From positions 576,001 to 640,000 of the forward strand of contig CBDBHB010000007.1 of NCBI GenBank assembly GCA_965205505.1: a stretch of 64,000 bases of DNA, read 5' to 3'. The DNA is from Acidobacteriota bacterium. GTDB lineage: Bacteria; Acidobacteriota; UBA890; WLXD01. A model generated the notes under the pieces. That model was given only the letters and a program-made list of their open reading frames with translations. It did not search any database and was not told the origin of the DNA. Position 1 is the first letter of the stretch, and every line of letters starts with the position of its first letter. Positions 44,312 through 54,900 of this stretch are shown here, piece by piece. Made by a program: the position numbers and the translations under genes.

Positions 44312-45790
44312 TCAAGAGCGAGCGGCACGGGCAAACGGGTTGAGAATCCCGAGCCGATCACGCAGCGGCACGACGTTACCCTCTGCATCGCGTAGCGGCC
44401 ATGGCGGATCGACACCCTGGGTGAGCGGGGTTGCTATCAGCAAACCCAGGGCACTTGCCAACAAACCGAAGAGATCCGCCGGCAGGGTTGGGAACAGCCT
44501 GCCGCTAACGAGCCAGGTCATGACTCCGGCGATCATGCCGGTAAGGGTGCCGCAACGATTTGCCTTCGACCACCAGATCCCAGCGATCAACGGCGCCGCC
44601 ATACACACCAGGGTGATCGAGACAGCATCGAGCATCAGCGAGTAGATCGTCCGCACATAGAGCGCAATCGCGAGCGCCGTGAAACCGAATACAGGAACCG
44701 CAAGACGTGCCGTCATCAAACGTGTCCGATCGCTGACCCCGGGAAAGAAGAAGGGCACGACGTCCGAAGCGACGATGCTCGCCGGTGACAGCAACGCGCT
44801 GTCGGCGCTGCTCATGATCGCGGCCAGCAGCGCCCCGACAAAAATCGCCATCGCGACCGGATGTAGGTAACGCATCGCCAACTCGGGGACGACGAGCTCC
44901 GGGTCGAGCAACCCCGGCAACGCGATCGCGCCGGCCATGCCCAAAAAGACAGGGATCATGCCGATGGTCAGATAGCCGATCGCAGCCAGATAGGCAGCGT
45001 TCTGGGCAACAGACTCATCACGACTCGACAATGTTCGTTGCAGAATGTTCTGACTCGGCAAGCTCCCAAGACCGACGATCGCCCAAGCTCGCACATAATG
45101 AAGCCAAGAACCGAGGTCGTGCTGTCGCGGAATCAAACGGAAGCTGCCCTCGGGCAACGCTGCCATCACGACACCAACGCCGCCGAGATCGCTGATGACG
45201 ATTGGCAGCAGCAGCACCAAACCTGCTGTCAAGATCAGGACCTGAGCGAAATCGGTCAGCGCCACCGCCCACATCCCGCCCGCCGCCGTATAAATCAGGA
45301 CGATCACGGTCGCGATCAGAACTCCCATAGTGGTCGAGATCCCTACAAGCGCATGTAGGATGTAGCCGAAGGCAAGCAGTTGCGCTCCGGCCCAGCCAAC
45401 GTTGGTGGTACAAATCGCCACCGCCGCCAGCATGCCTGCGGTATCACCGTATCGGCTCTTGAAGAAGCCTACGACCGTCAACAACCGCAGCCGGCGCAGC
45501 ATACGAGCAAAGAACAGACCGACCAGAACGAGCACCAGCGCAGCAGCAAAAGGAACTGCGATGACGCCCAGAAAGCCGTCTTCATACGCGGCGCCGGCGG
45601 CGCCCATCACGGTGCCAGCCGACATCCAGGTCGCCACCAGCGTCGACGTACAGAGCCACAGGGGAAGACGGCGTCCGGCGACGACGAACTCGTCGGCGCT
45701 CCTGACACGGCGCGCAGCGACAACGCCGATCACCAGCATGCCAAGAAGATAGAGGCCAACCCCGGTGAGAAGGATCTGTTGATCGCTCAA
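44312..45790 (-). CDS. Sodium:solute symporter (choline-transporter-like)
   Basis: FVVAGRRLP, YTAAGGMWAVALTDFAQ and AAIMSSADS motifs; many TM helices. Confidence 0.9.
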   Translation of the reverse strand: MSDQQILLTGVGLYLLGMLVIGVVAARRVRSADEFVVAGRRLPLWLCTSTLVATWMSAGTVMGAAGAAYEDGFLGVIAVPFAAALVLVLVGLFFARMLRRLRLLTVVGFFKSRYGDTAGMLAAVAICTTNVGWAGAQLLAFGYILHALVGISTTMGVLIATVIVLIYTAAGGMWAVALTDFAQVLILTAGLVLLLPIVISDLGGVGVVMAALPEGSFRLIPRQHDLGSWLHYVRAWAIVGLGSLPSQNILQRTLSSRDESVAQNAAYLAAIGYLTIGMIPVFLGMAGAIALPGLLDPELVVPELAMRYLHPVAMAIFVGALLAAIMSSADSALLSPASIVASDVVPFFFPGVSDRTRLMTARLAVPVFGFTALAIALYVRTIYSLMLDAVSITLVCMAAPLIAGIWWSKANRCGTLTGMIAGVMTWLVSGRLFPTLPADLFGLLASALGLLIATPLTQGVDPPWPLRDAEGNVVPLRDRLGILNPFARAARS

Positions 45791-46180
45791 GGTTCCGGGT
45801 CCACCTCACCCATGCCCCCCGCGCCGAGCGCGGACAGGATCTCGTAATGGCCGTCCATGACGCTCCCGAGGCAAGGTGGATGAGCGCCTGAAGCGTATCG
45901 CTGGGGCAGGCGAGGGTCCACGGGAGAGCGCGACGCGATGTCGGGGAGGGGGCTTCACGATACCGTGTCGTTGCACTCGTCCAGACCGAGAACACGCTCC
46001 CGCGTGAGGCGGCCGAGGTTCCCGACCGCATCCAGCACGTCGAGCACCGCGATCTCGCCAGCTTTACCCTGGCCGATCAAGGTCGAGCCGCTCCCTTGAC
46101 GATCGCGGTGATCGACATCTAGCCTGACTCGCGTGGGCAGCAAAGTACGACGCCAGTCTCTTCTGTCAGGAGGGCGCACC

Positions 46181-47536
46181 ATGGGCAACGAATCGGCACG
46201 CACAAGGCATTCAGGGCTGTTGGGAACCTCTCTGTTAGCGCTCCTCGCCCTGCTGACTTTCCACGGCGGCGCCTTCGCGATGCAGCAGTCCGATGAGCCA
46301 GCGTCGGGTCAGGGAACCGCTGTCTCGTTCACTCGAGACGTCGCGCCGATCTTGCAGCAGAACTGTCAGATCTGCCATCGGCCGGGCTCGGTCGGGCCGA
46401 TGTCTCTTCTTACCTACGATCAGGCCAAGAGCTACGCGCCACTGATCAAGTATCAGGTGGTCGCAAGGGAAATGCCTCCGTATCACCTCGATACACGTGT
46501 CGGGATCCAGGCGATCAAGAACGACTGGAGGCTGAGCGAGCACGAGATCCACACCATCGCAGCATGGGTGGATGACGGCGCGCCGATGGGAGACGTGGCG
46601 GACATGCCGCCCCCGGTGGAATGGCCGGAGGGCAACAAGTGGCAGCTCGAAGACCAGCTGGGCGAGCCGGATCACGTGATCGAGTCGAGACCCTATACGG
46701 TGCCGGCCGCGGGGGGCGACATCTGGTGGCGTCCGAGAGTGGAGACGGGGCTCAATGCGGACCGGCTGATTCGGGCCTTCGAGATTCGGCCTTCCTTCCC
46801 CGCCGGCCGACAAGTCGTGCACCACGCCATCCCTAGATTGATGACCCAGGACGAGAATGGTGAATGGGTGCGGACGGCGATGCTCTCGGAATACGCCATG
46901 GGCAAGATCGGGGAGATCATCCCGTCAGACGCAGCCCGCTTGCTGCCGGTGAACGCGCTGATCGAATGGGACGTGCATTACTACCCGATGGGCTATGTCG
47001 TCGAGGACGATCAGATCGAGCTTGGCCTCTGGCTATATCCCCAGGACTACGAGCCGGAGTTCACACAAGACCTGGCGATGTACCGCCTGGACGGTGATAT
47101 TGCCCTAGCACCCGGTGGAACCGCGATGACCCAGGGCTTCCACCGCTGGGATCATCCGGTCCGTATCGATAGCTTCCAGCCCCACGGGCATGTGCATCTT
47201 CATGCCAAATCCATGCGGGCGATCTATCCGGATGGCACCCAGGAGCTCTTGAGCATGGTGACCAACTTCAACGCCAGATGGCACCACAGTTATATCTACG
47301 AGGACGACGCGGCTCCGCTGTTGCCCACGGGCACCGTCTTGGTTATCACCGCGTGGTACGACAACACGGAGAACAACCTGCTGAATCCCGATCCGGAAAT
47401 CTGGTATGCGCGCGGCGCCCGTACGATGGACGAGATGTCGCACGCCTGGCTTGCGGTAACTCACCTGGATGAAGAGGGCTACGAGCAACTGGTTGCCAAC
47501 AGGAGAACGAACGCAGAGGTGGCAGCTCAGAGATGA
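46181..47536 (+). CDS. Secreted heme-c plus copper type II (PHM-like) monooxygenase-like protein
   Basis: CQICH heme motif with MPP; HH, VHY, HGH and DEM motifs in PHM ligand order. Confidence 0.78.
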   Translation: MGNESARTRHSGLLGTSLLALLALLTFHGGAFAMQQSDEPASGQGTAVSFTRDVAPILQQNCQICHRPGSVGPMSLLTYDQAKSYAPLIKYQVVAREMPPYHLDTRVGIQAIKNDWRLSEHEIHTIAAWVDDGAPMGDVADMPPPVEWPEGNKWQLEDQLGEPDHVIESRPYTVPAAGGDIWWRPRVETGLNADRLIRAFEIRPSFPAGRQVVHHAIPRLMTQDENGEWVRTAMLSEYAMGKIGEIIPSDAARLLPVNALIEWDVHYYPMGYVVEDDQIELGLWLYPQDYEPEFTQDLAMYRLDGDIALAPGGTAMTQGFHRWDHPVRIDSFQPHGHVHLHAKSMRAIYPDGTQELLSMVTNFNARWHHSYIYEDDAAPLLPTGTVLVITAWYDNTENNLLNPDPEIWYARGARTMDEMSHAWLAVTHLDEEGYEQLVANRRTNAEVAAQR

Positions 47537-48417
47537 ATGGCCGCCTGCTCCGGGTCAGTCTTTGCTTGGCGCTGATCGCCGCCATCACGAGCTCGGCACC
47601 CGTCGGTGCACAGCAGGTGCAACGGCTTCCCCTGGCGCCACGACCACCGACAGGCGAACCGGTAGCTCCGTTTTTTGAAGGCTGGTACGGGAACGCAGAC
47701 GGCACATACACCTTCTCGTTCGGATACTTCAATTTGAACATGGAGGAGATCCTCGAGATTCCCATCGGGCCAGACAACTTTGTCGAACCAGCCGCGTTCA
47801 ATGGTGGACAGCCAACTCACTTCCCGGTCGATCCACGTCGGGACAGGGGTGTTTTCACGGTCACCGTGCCAGCATCGTATGGAGATGGACAGGGGCGAGT
47901 CGTGTGGACCATCCGTGCCAACGGCGTGACCTATTCGGTGCCGGCAAGGGCGGGAATCGAGGCCCTTCAGCTCGACTACGGACCGCGAGGTATGGGATCG
48001 GTACCACCTCTATTGAGGCTTGAACCTAATGGGATGGAAGGTCAGCACCCCACGGGCGTCAGACTGAGCCAGCCACGGGTCGCGACGGTGGGGAACCCAC
48101 TGGCGCTGACCGTATGGGCTAGCGAGGTCTCCGAACGGTTCGACCACGACCTCGCGAACAGGGATGGCGTTGCGGTGAAGCTGACATGGTTCAAACATCA
48201 AGGGCCTCCCGGCGCGGTCGTGTTCGAGGATCGGGAGATCGTTTTGGAGGAGGGCATGGGCGAAGCGACTACAACGGCAACGTTCAGCGAAGCCGGCGAC
48301 TACGTGCTTCGCGTCCGGGTGGACAACTGGGATGCCAACGACAGCAGTTCAGGTGATCAATGTTGCTGGACGAATGGGTACGTGCCGGTGTCCGTTTCAG
48401 GAGGCGGAATGCGATGA
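47533..48417 (+). CDS. Secreted conserved hypothetical protein
   Basis: Signal peptide; PFFEGW..FGYFNLN, GPDN..GQPTHF and QCCWTN motifs; ATGA overlaps on both sides. Confidence 0.8.
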   Translation: MNGRLLRVSLCLALIAAITSSAPVGAQQVQRLPLAPRPPTGEPVAPFFEGWYGNADGTYTFSFGYFNLNMEEILEIPIGPDNFVEPAAFNGGQPTHFPVDPRRDRGVFTVTVPASYGDGQGRVVWTIRANGVTYSVPARAGIEALQLDYGPRGMGSVPPLLRLEPNGMEGQHPTGVRLSQPRVATVGNPLALTVWASEVSERFDHDLANRDGVAVKLTWFKHQGPPGAVVFEDREIVLEEGMGEATTTATFSEAGDYVLRVRVDNWDANDSSSGDQCCWTNGYVPVSVSGGGMR

Positions 48418-50423
48418 CGAAACCTGCGATGTGCGCCGCGATCGCGGTCACCCTGTGCTTGATGTCGATGCCTGCGGTCGGTCAGAACGGCGGATCGAGC
48501 ACCGGTACCGAGAACGGCGAATGGCGCCACTGGGGCGGCGATACCTTCAGCACACGCTACTCGCCGCTGGACCAGATCAACGCCGACAACTTCGAGGATC
48601 TCGAGGTCGCCTGGGTGTGGAGGGGCGACAATTACGGCCCTTCGGTAGACAACATCATGCGCTCCACACCGACTTATGTGAACGGAGTGCTCTACACGGT
48701 CGCCGGTCAGCGGCGCACGGTCGTCGCTATCGACCCGGCCACCGGCGAGACGCTGTGGACCTACCGTGAGCCGTACACGCCGCGCTGGGAAGATTCGATG
48801 CGGAAGAACTACGGCAAGGGGGTCGGGTATGCCAACCTCGATCGCCGCGGTGTGATCTACATGATCTCGCCCGGGTTCTTCCTGCACGCGCTCGACGCCG
48901 TCACCGGAAAGCCGATCGAGCAGTTCGGCAACGAGGGCACGGTCGACCTGCTGGCCGACCTCGGCTACGAGTACGACGCCTACGAGGGGCTTCCCAACGA
49001 AGTCGGCTATATCACCAACTCGTCGCCGCCGATGGTGGTCAACGACGTGGTGGTGGTGGGCAACTCCCACGAGCAGGGGTACCGACAGACGCGCCGCGAG
49101 AACGTGCCTGGGCATGTGTTGGCCTACGACGCGCGTTCCGGCGAGCACCTGTGGAAGTTCAACGTTATTCCGCAGCCGGGCGAGTTCGGCCACGACACCT
49201 GGGACAACGACGCGTGGTCGTACACCGGCAACGTATCAGCATGGGCACCGATGGCCGCCGACCCGGAGCTCGGGCTGGTCTACTTCGCCACCGACCCACC
49301 GACCAACGATTACTGGGGAGGCCACCATCCCGGCGACAACCTCTTCGCCACCACGATAATTGCCGTCGATATCAAGACAGGTAAGCGCCGCTGGCACTTC
49401 CAAACGGTGCACCACGACATCTGGAATTACGACAACCCCACCGCCCCAAACCTCGTCGACATCACCGTCGACGGCAAGAAGATCCCGGCGCTGGTGCAAA
49501 CGACCAAGCAGAGCTTCGCCTACGTGCTCAACCGTGAGACAGGGGAGCCAGTCTGGCCGATCGAGGAGCGCCCGGTTCCAAAATCGAAGATCCCCGGGGA
49601 GCAAACATCGCCCACGCAACCGTTCCCGACGAGGCCAGCAGCGTACGAGATGCAGGGCGTCACCGAGGACGATCTGATCGACTTCACGCCAGAGCTCCGC
49701 CAGGCGGCGGTAGAGATGCTCAGCGAATTCGAGCTCGGCCCGCTCTTCAACCCACCGCTGCACCGCGACAACAACCTGGGCTTCAAGACCTCATTGATCT
49801 GCCCCGGTGGGGGCGGCGGCACCAACATCCCCGGAGGTGCGGCAGTCGACCCGGAAACCCAGATCCTCTACGTCGCGTCGACCAAGACCTGCTCCGGGCA
49901 ATCGCTGATCCCCGGCATCGAGGCAGATGCCAACGACCCCAACCCGATCGGCAAGACAGTCATGGCGTGGGCCAGCGGACCGAGCGTCGGGCCTGGCCGG
50001 GTCCAGGGACTGTCCTACCTCAAGCCGCCCTACGGTCGTATCACGGCGATCGATCTGAACACCGGCGAGCACCTGTGGTGGATCCCCAACGGCGACACTC
50101 CCGACTCCGTCACGCATCACCCGGCCCTGCAGGGCCTCGACATCCCCAACACCGGCAAGCCATCGCACGCCACCAAGGTGGTCACCAAGACGTTGCTCAT
50201 CTACGCCGAGGGCCGCCGCGGCGCTCCACTGTTGCACGCGGTCGACAAGCTCACCGGCGAGCGGCTCGGCACGGTTGATATCCCGGCGCAGAGCAACAGC
50301 GCGCCGATGACCTACATGCACGAGGGCAGGCAGTACATCGTGCTACCCATAGGCGGGCCGGCCCACTCCGGTTCGCTCGCCGCCGTGGCGCTACCTACCG
50401 GACTAGCCCAACCGGATCACTAG
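48414..50423 (+). CDS. PQQ-dependent dehydrogenase (quinoprotein glucose dehydrogenase-like)
   Basis: YSPLDQINADN, WHFQTVHHDIWNYD, GEPVWPIEERPVP..SPTQPFP and KPPYGRITAIDL motifs. Confidence 0.9.
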   Translation: MTKPAMCAAIAVTLCLMSMPAVGQNGGSSTGTENGEWRHWGGDTFSTRYSPLDQINADNFEDLEVAWVWRGDNYGPSVDNIMRSTPTYVNGVLYTVAGQRRTVVAIDPATGETLWTYREPYTPRWEDSMRKNYGKGVGYANLDRRGVIYMISPGFFLHALDAVTGKPIEQFGNEGTVDLLADLGYEYDAYEGLPNEVGYITNSSPPMVVNDVVVVGNSHEQGYRQTRRENVPGHVLAYDARSGEHLWKFNVIPQPGEFGHDTWDNDAWSYTGNVSAWAPMAADPELGLVYFATDPPTNDYWGGHHPGDNLFATTIIAVDIKTGKRRWHFQTVHHDIWNYDNPTAPNLVDITVDGKKIPALVQTTKQSFAYVLNRETGEPVWPIEERPVPKSKIPGEQTSPTQPFPTRPAAYEMQGVTEDDLIDFTPELRQAAVEMLSEFELGPLFNPPLHRDNNLGFKTSLICPGGGGGTNIPGGAAVDPETQILYVASTKTCSGQSLIPGIEADANDPNPIGKTVMAWASGPSVGPGRVQGLSYLKPPYGRITAIDLNTGEHLWWIPNGDTPDSVTHHPALQGLDIPNTGKPSHATKVVTKTLLIYAEGRRGAPLLHAVDKLTGERLGTVDIPAQSNSAPMTYMHEGRQYIVLPIGGPAHSGSLAAVALPTGLAQPDH

Positions 50424-50513
50424 CAGGCCGTGGCACAACGATACGCTCGTAAGGAACTGTATGGATCTGTAAATGCCACTGTGCGGCCACCGATGTGTTC
50501 CCGGAGCCTGCTA
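50421..50513. repeat. Short element with MITE-type ends TAGCAGGC..GCCTGCTA filling the gap between two convergent stop codons
   Basis: ctagcaggccgtgg matches the MITE IR; each terminal TAG is the stop codon of a flanking gene. Confidence 0.55.
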
Positions 50514-51749
50514 CCGCCGGCCGTCGGTCGCCGTCAGCGGGCTCAGGTAGTCTCTGCCGCTCAGCCCTAGCTTCTTCATCGCAATCCCCGTCAGGCACTC
50601 GTCGACAACTTGTTTGGAGTTGAGCACGGTTGTGTAGCCGGGGTCGAGGAGAGGGTTCAGCTCGACTAGGTCGAATCCGACGACGTTGTTCTCGGCGCAG
50701 AGGCCGCGGATGAGGGGGAACACCTCTCGGGGCATCAGTCCCCCCGGCACCGGCGTACCTGTTCCCTCGGTGTATGCCGGGTCCATGACGTCGATGTCGA
50801 AGGAGATGTGGAGGTACTCCGGTCCGTCGTTCGCCTCCTCGAGAACCAGCTCCATGACGGTCCCCCAACCGTCGCGATCGATCTCCGCCATCGTATGGTA
50901 GCGCAGGTTCGCCCGCATCCACTCGAACCCGGCCTCCCCTGGCCAGGCGCCACGAAGGCCCACCTGGATGAAGTTCTGGCCGAGGATGTGCCCGTCGTCG
51001 ACGAGCCGACGGACCGGCTGGGCATGGGAGATCAGGTGACCGCTGCGAGTGTCGCCGGCATCGTAGTGAGAATCGAAATGGATGACACCGACGTTTTCCT
51101 TGCCGTACACGTCGGCGAGCCCGGCGACGTTGGCGAACTCGATGGAGTGATCACCCCCGATGATGATGGGAATCGCTCCCGTCTGAGCGATCTCCCGAAC
51201 CATCCGCCTAATCGGCGGCATGCTGCGCTCCACGCTCAGGTTGTCGATGGGCGCGTTGCCGTAGTCCACGGCCTTCAGCTCCCTCTTCCAGCTCACCATC
51301 GTCTCCATGCTGCCGCCGCCACGCCGGAACGCGCGCATCGCGGTGGGACCCTCGCCAGCGCCTCGAAAGCCGACCCCCATGTCGACCGGTGCTCCGATGA
51401 ACGCCACCTCCACTTCGCCAGCGATCAGGTCCTCGACCGTCACCGCGATGGGCAGCCGGAAGAAGCTCAGGGCCGCCCCGATTCCGACGGGTCCGGGCTC
51501 TCGAGGTGGATCGTCCGAGATGTCCCGATCTCTCCACACCTCGAGGTTCTCGTCGTTCGGGTCCAGGCGAATGATCGCCAGCTCAGGATCCACTTCCTGC
51601 TCGCCCTGCTGCTCGCCTTCCGCTGGCTCGGCTTGGTCGGAGCCCGGCTCCGCAGTGGCCTCGGCGGGCTCGGAGGCCGGCTGTGGTGTACAGCCAACCG
51701 AGAACACCAGCACCAGCAGAATCGCGATCGCCCGCCTGATTAGCCTCAC
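50511..51749 (-). CDS. Agmatinase/ureohydrolase family lipoprotein
   Basis: GGDHS, HFDSHYD and SFDIDVMDP..GTGTP Mn ligands; RBS ggagg, GTG start, signal ending SVGC. Confidence 0.88.
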   Translation of the reverse strand: MRLIRRAIAILLVLVFSVGCTPQPASEPAEATAEPGSDQAEPAEGEQQGEQEVDPELAIIRLDPNDENLEVWRDRDISDDPPREPGPVGIGAALSFFRLPIAVTVEDLIAGEVEVAFIGAPVDMGVGFRGAGEGPTAMRAFRRGGGSMETMVSWKRELKAVDYGNAPIDNLSVERSMPPIRRMVREIAQTGAIPIIIGGDHSIEFANVAGLADVYGKENVGVIHFDSHYDAGDTRSGHLISHAQPVRRLVDDGHILGQNFIQVGLRGAWPGEAGFEWMRANLRYHTMAEIDRDGWGTVMELVLEEANDGPEYLHISFDIDVMDPAYTEGTGTPVPGGLMPREVFPLIRGLCAENNVVGFDLVELNPLLDPGYTTVLNSKQVVDECLTGIAMKKLGLSGRDYLSPLTATDGRR

Positions 51750-51917
51750 GATACTCCTCCGTCTCGAACTCCAAATCGTACCCAGCGGGGCCCGGTTCTT
51801 CAGGGTGCGGATAGCGTAGTCGATCGACTGACCGGCCGACACGCCGGCGACTTTGTTTACGTCGGTCGTCCATGCTCAGCGAGCATCGAGAGGCGTCGAG
51901 AACCTGACCGGGACATG

Positions 51918-54900
51918 CTAGAAAGCTGTCCCCGCGGGTATGAGGTCTTCGTTGAAGGCGAGCTCCAGGACCCAGTTGCGGACCGCCTCGGGAGTCACCA
52001 CATTGGGCACAGCGATGGCGATCTCGTCCCAGATGGTTGCAGTGTCCGGATCGATGGCCTGGAGCGCCGCGCCCATGGCGGGAAGTAGCAAGGGCGCTGC
52101 CAGAGCAGCGGGGTAGCCATTTTCTGCGAGGCCCCGCGCCAGCTCGACTCGAATCCCGAGCACCCGGGCGTATAGCAGACCATCCGTGACCGCATCAGCG
52201 GCTTCACCCTTCGGGACCAAGCTCGGGTGGGTGACACCGAGGGTTCCTTCACCGCGCCAGTAGGGCAGTCCCACGAGATTGTCCGCTTCCCAGCGCTGCG
52301 CGGGGTCGATCGCGTCGGCGAGATCTTCCGCCCCCCAGGCGAGCAGGTAGCGATCGCCGGGCGTCATCCCTTCCAAGGCAGACCGGGCATCACCCGCCGC
52401 GATGTCCTGGCGCAGCCGCCAAGCATCCGGCGGACGGTGCAGCAAGTTCAGCATCCCCTCCAGCGTGGGCACGTCATGCGCCGACTCGAGCCAGGGTGCA
52501 GGGAGCGCCGGATCGGAGACCGCCGCGGCGGCCTCCACCCATTCGGCGGCGCGCTCTAGCCGTGCCGTTAGTGCCTTCAGCGATGGAGCACTCAGCGCGG
52601 CGGGATGGACGGCGAACACCGCTTCACTCCATGACTCCGCCGCCGACCCCGCCGCGAAGCTGACTCCACCTTGCAGTGTCTGCACGCGCAGCGCCCAGCG
52701 GCCAAGGTGACCGGGTATGCCCAGCAAGCTGTTCTGCAGCCGCAGACCTGATGCTTGGTCGCGCACCTCCCGCGTGTGCAGCCACGGCCCGGTGCTTCTA
52801 GGCGACTCCTGGAGAGGACCGAGTCGATGCAGCCAGGCGGGCTGGCGATCGTCAAAGTAGAGCCCCCTCGGATCGTTGATATGAATCGCGTAGGCAACCG
52901 CCACCAGGGAGTCGGTGAACCAGCTCGTGAGGTGCTTGCGGACGTCCGCGAAGTACTCGGGACGGTTCTCGTTCCTGCCGGCATCGCGCAGTAGGCGCCC
53001 CACCTGGTCCGGGAGATCCTCGCGCTTGAGCGGCAGAGGGACCTCGTCATCGCCGTCGCCCTCATAGATCGCCGTTGCGACGGAATCCCGCAGCGCGTTC
53101 CAGACGGGACGTACCCGTGCCTCGATCTCGTTGCCCAGCTGCCCCAGCTCGGCGCTCGACTTGTCCCCGTATTCGGCGGCTATCGCATCGAGCTCGACAA
53201 CGTGGCCGAACGGTGCCAACCGCTGCATCTGGAGGCTGTCATGGATGCGTGGGACCCACATGTCGCTGGTGGAGAAGCGGAGTTGGATGCCGTCGACCGT
53301 CACTTCAGCTGCCGGTGCCCGGTCCGCCAGGGCTGTGACCAGACTCTGGCTGAGGCTCTCGGCGTCGGCGAAGTTGCCCTCGTGGCCGATGGCAGGGAGG
53401 AGTGTCTGCCGCCACCAGTCGGCGAGGCCGCGGCCGAATCCTCCCGCTTCTTGATCGAGCGGCAGATCGAAGAGCTGCCCGAGCACCTCGTGGCGTTGCT
53501 CCGCGGGCACCCGGCCGTTATCCAGGAGTCGTTTGAGGATGAGCAGGGTCGCCTGCGCCTGCCTCGCCGCGGCTTCGCGTTGCCTCCCGTCGGGCGCGCT
53601 TTCCGCACGCCCCAGAAAGTAGATCACGCGTTCGACGCTATCGGCCTGGATGGGAGTGGGGCCGACAAGAAACCCGTAGGCTTGCGCCAAGCGGTCGTAG
53701 TTTCGGTACAGCAGGGTGACCGTTCTGGGCGTGGCGGCCGCAGGCTGGTACCGAAAGGCCGCCTGAATGGCGACAAACCGCTCGATCGCATGGGTACCTT
53801 GCTGAAGCTCGGAGCCCTCGAATCCCTGTGCGAGTCGCCGCAGGATCTCGCCATCGACGGCCGGTCCGTAATCCGCCGCCTCTCGGACCCGTTCGTCGCG
53901 CAGCTCCTCGTCCAGGGCGGCGCTGTCACTCACCACGCGGTCGCTCCGGAGTGCCGCGATCCATGCCTTACCGCCGCCGCGCCAGCTGATGCCTTCGCCG
54001 TCGGGACGGAGGCGCAGCTGCAGGAACAGATCGGCCAGGTCGCCCCGCCAGCGCAGCGCCTGCTGGCGACCAGGGATACGGATGCTGCCGTAGAGATCGC
54101 TCGCCCACCGCTCGGTGCTCTCCCGGTCGGTGGCACCGAGGGTCAGCAGGAAGCGAGCCCGGCGTGGCGGCACCAGGGAAAGCGCCCGCCACAGGTGGAG
54201 TGCGCGTCCGTCGTCGCGATCCACGAGCCGTCGCACGAGATCCGAGGGCGAGTTCCAGGAGCCCAGTATCTTCGTCCAGGCGAGGCGCGATTCGCCCGGC
54301 AGCACGAGCGCACCGTCATGACTTCGGAGGTAGTGGGCCAGCTCGGCGAACACGCTGCTCAAGCGGCGGTCCCGATACGGCTCACGCAGCCCCATCGTTG
54401 CCCGGAAGAGGTCGCGCGTGTCGGGTTCGAGTCGTGCGTAGCCGAGCATCACCCAGCGCGCTTCGTTGTCGCGCAGGAACTCGCGGAACAATTCTGTCGG
54501 CGTGAGCTGCTTGTCGAAGACCTCCTGTTTCCAGGCGCCGCCACCGAACATTACGGTAGCCGTGTCTTCGGGCACCGGCATGTGGATGGGCTCACCGCTC
54601 GCCCAGAGCGGGATCAGCTCGGGGATGTCGTAGCCGAGGTGAGCAAATACCTCGCGCCTGAGCTTCTGTGAGTCGCCGCCACGCAGCTCCAGGTTCAGAG
54701 GGCCGTCACGTTCGACGGGCCGAACACCGAACCAACCAACCAGGTCGCGAGCCTTGGCGTAGGCAGAAGCATCCGGGTGCGCGAAGCTCGGCGGTTCCGA
54801 ACCGTGCTTGCGACGGAGCTGTTGCTGCAGCTTCTCGTAATCAAGGAGCTCGTCGATCGCCTTGTCCAGACGCAAGGCACGCGTGCGCATGCCGGGTTCC

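Noticed and set aside
792-54671. Long antisense or alternate-frame ORFs (for example 792-1682, 23780-25132, 53202-54671)
   Set aside because: They shadow well-supported genes and are expected in high-GC DNA.
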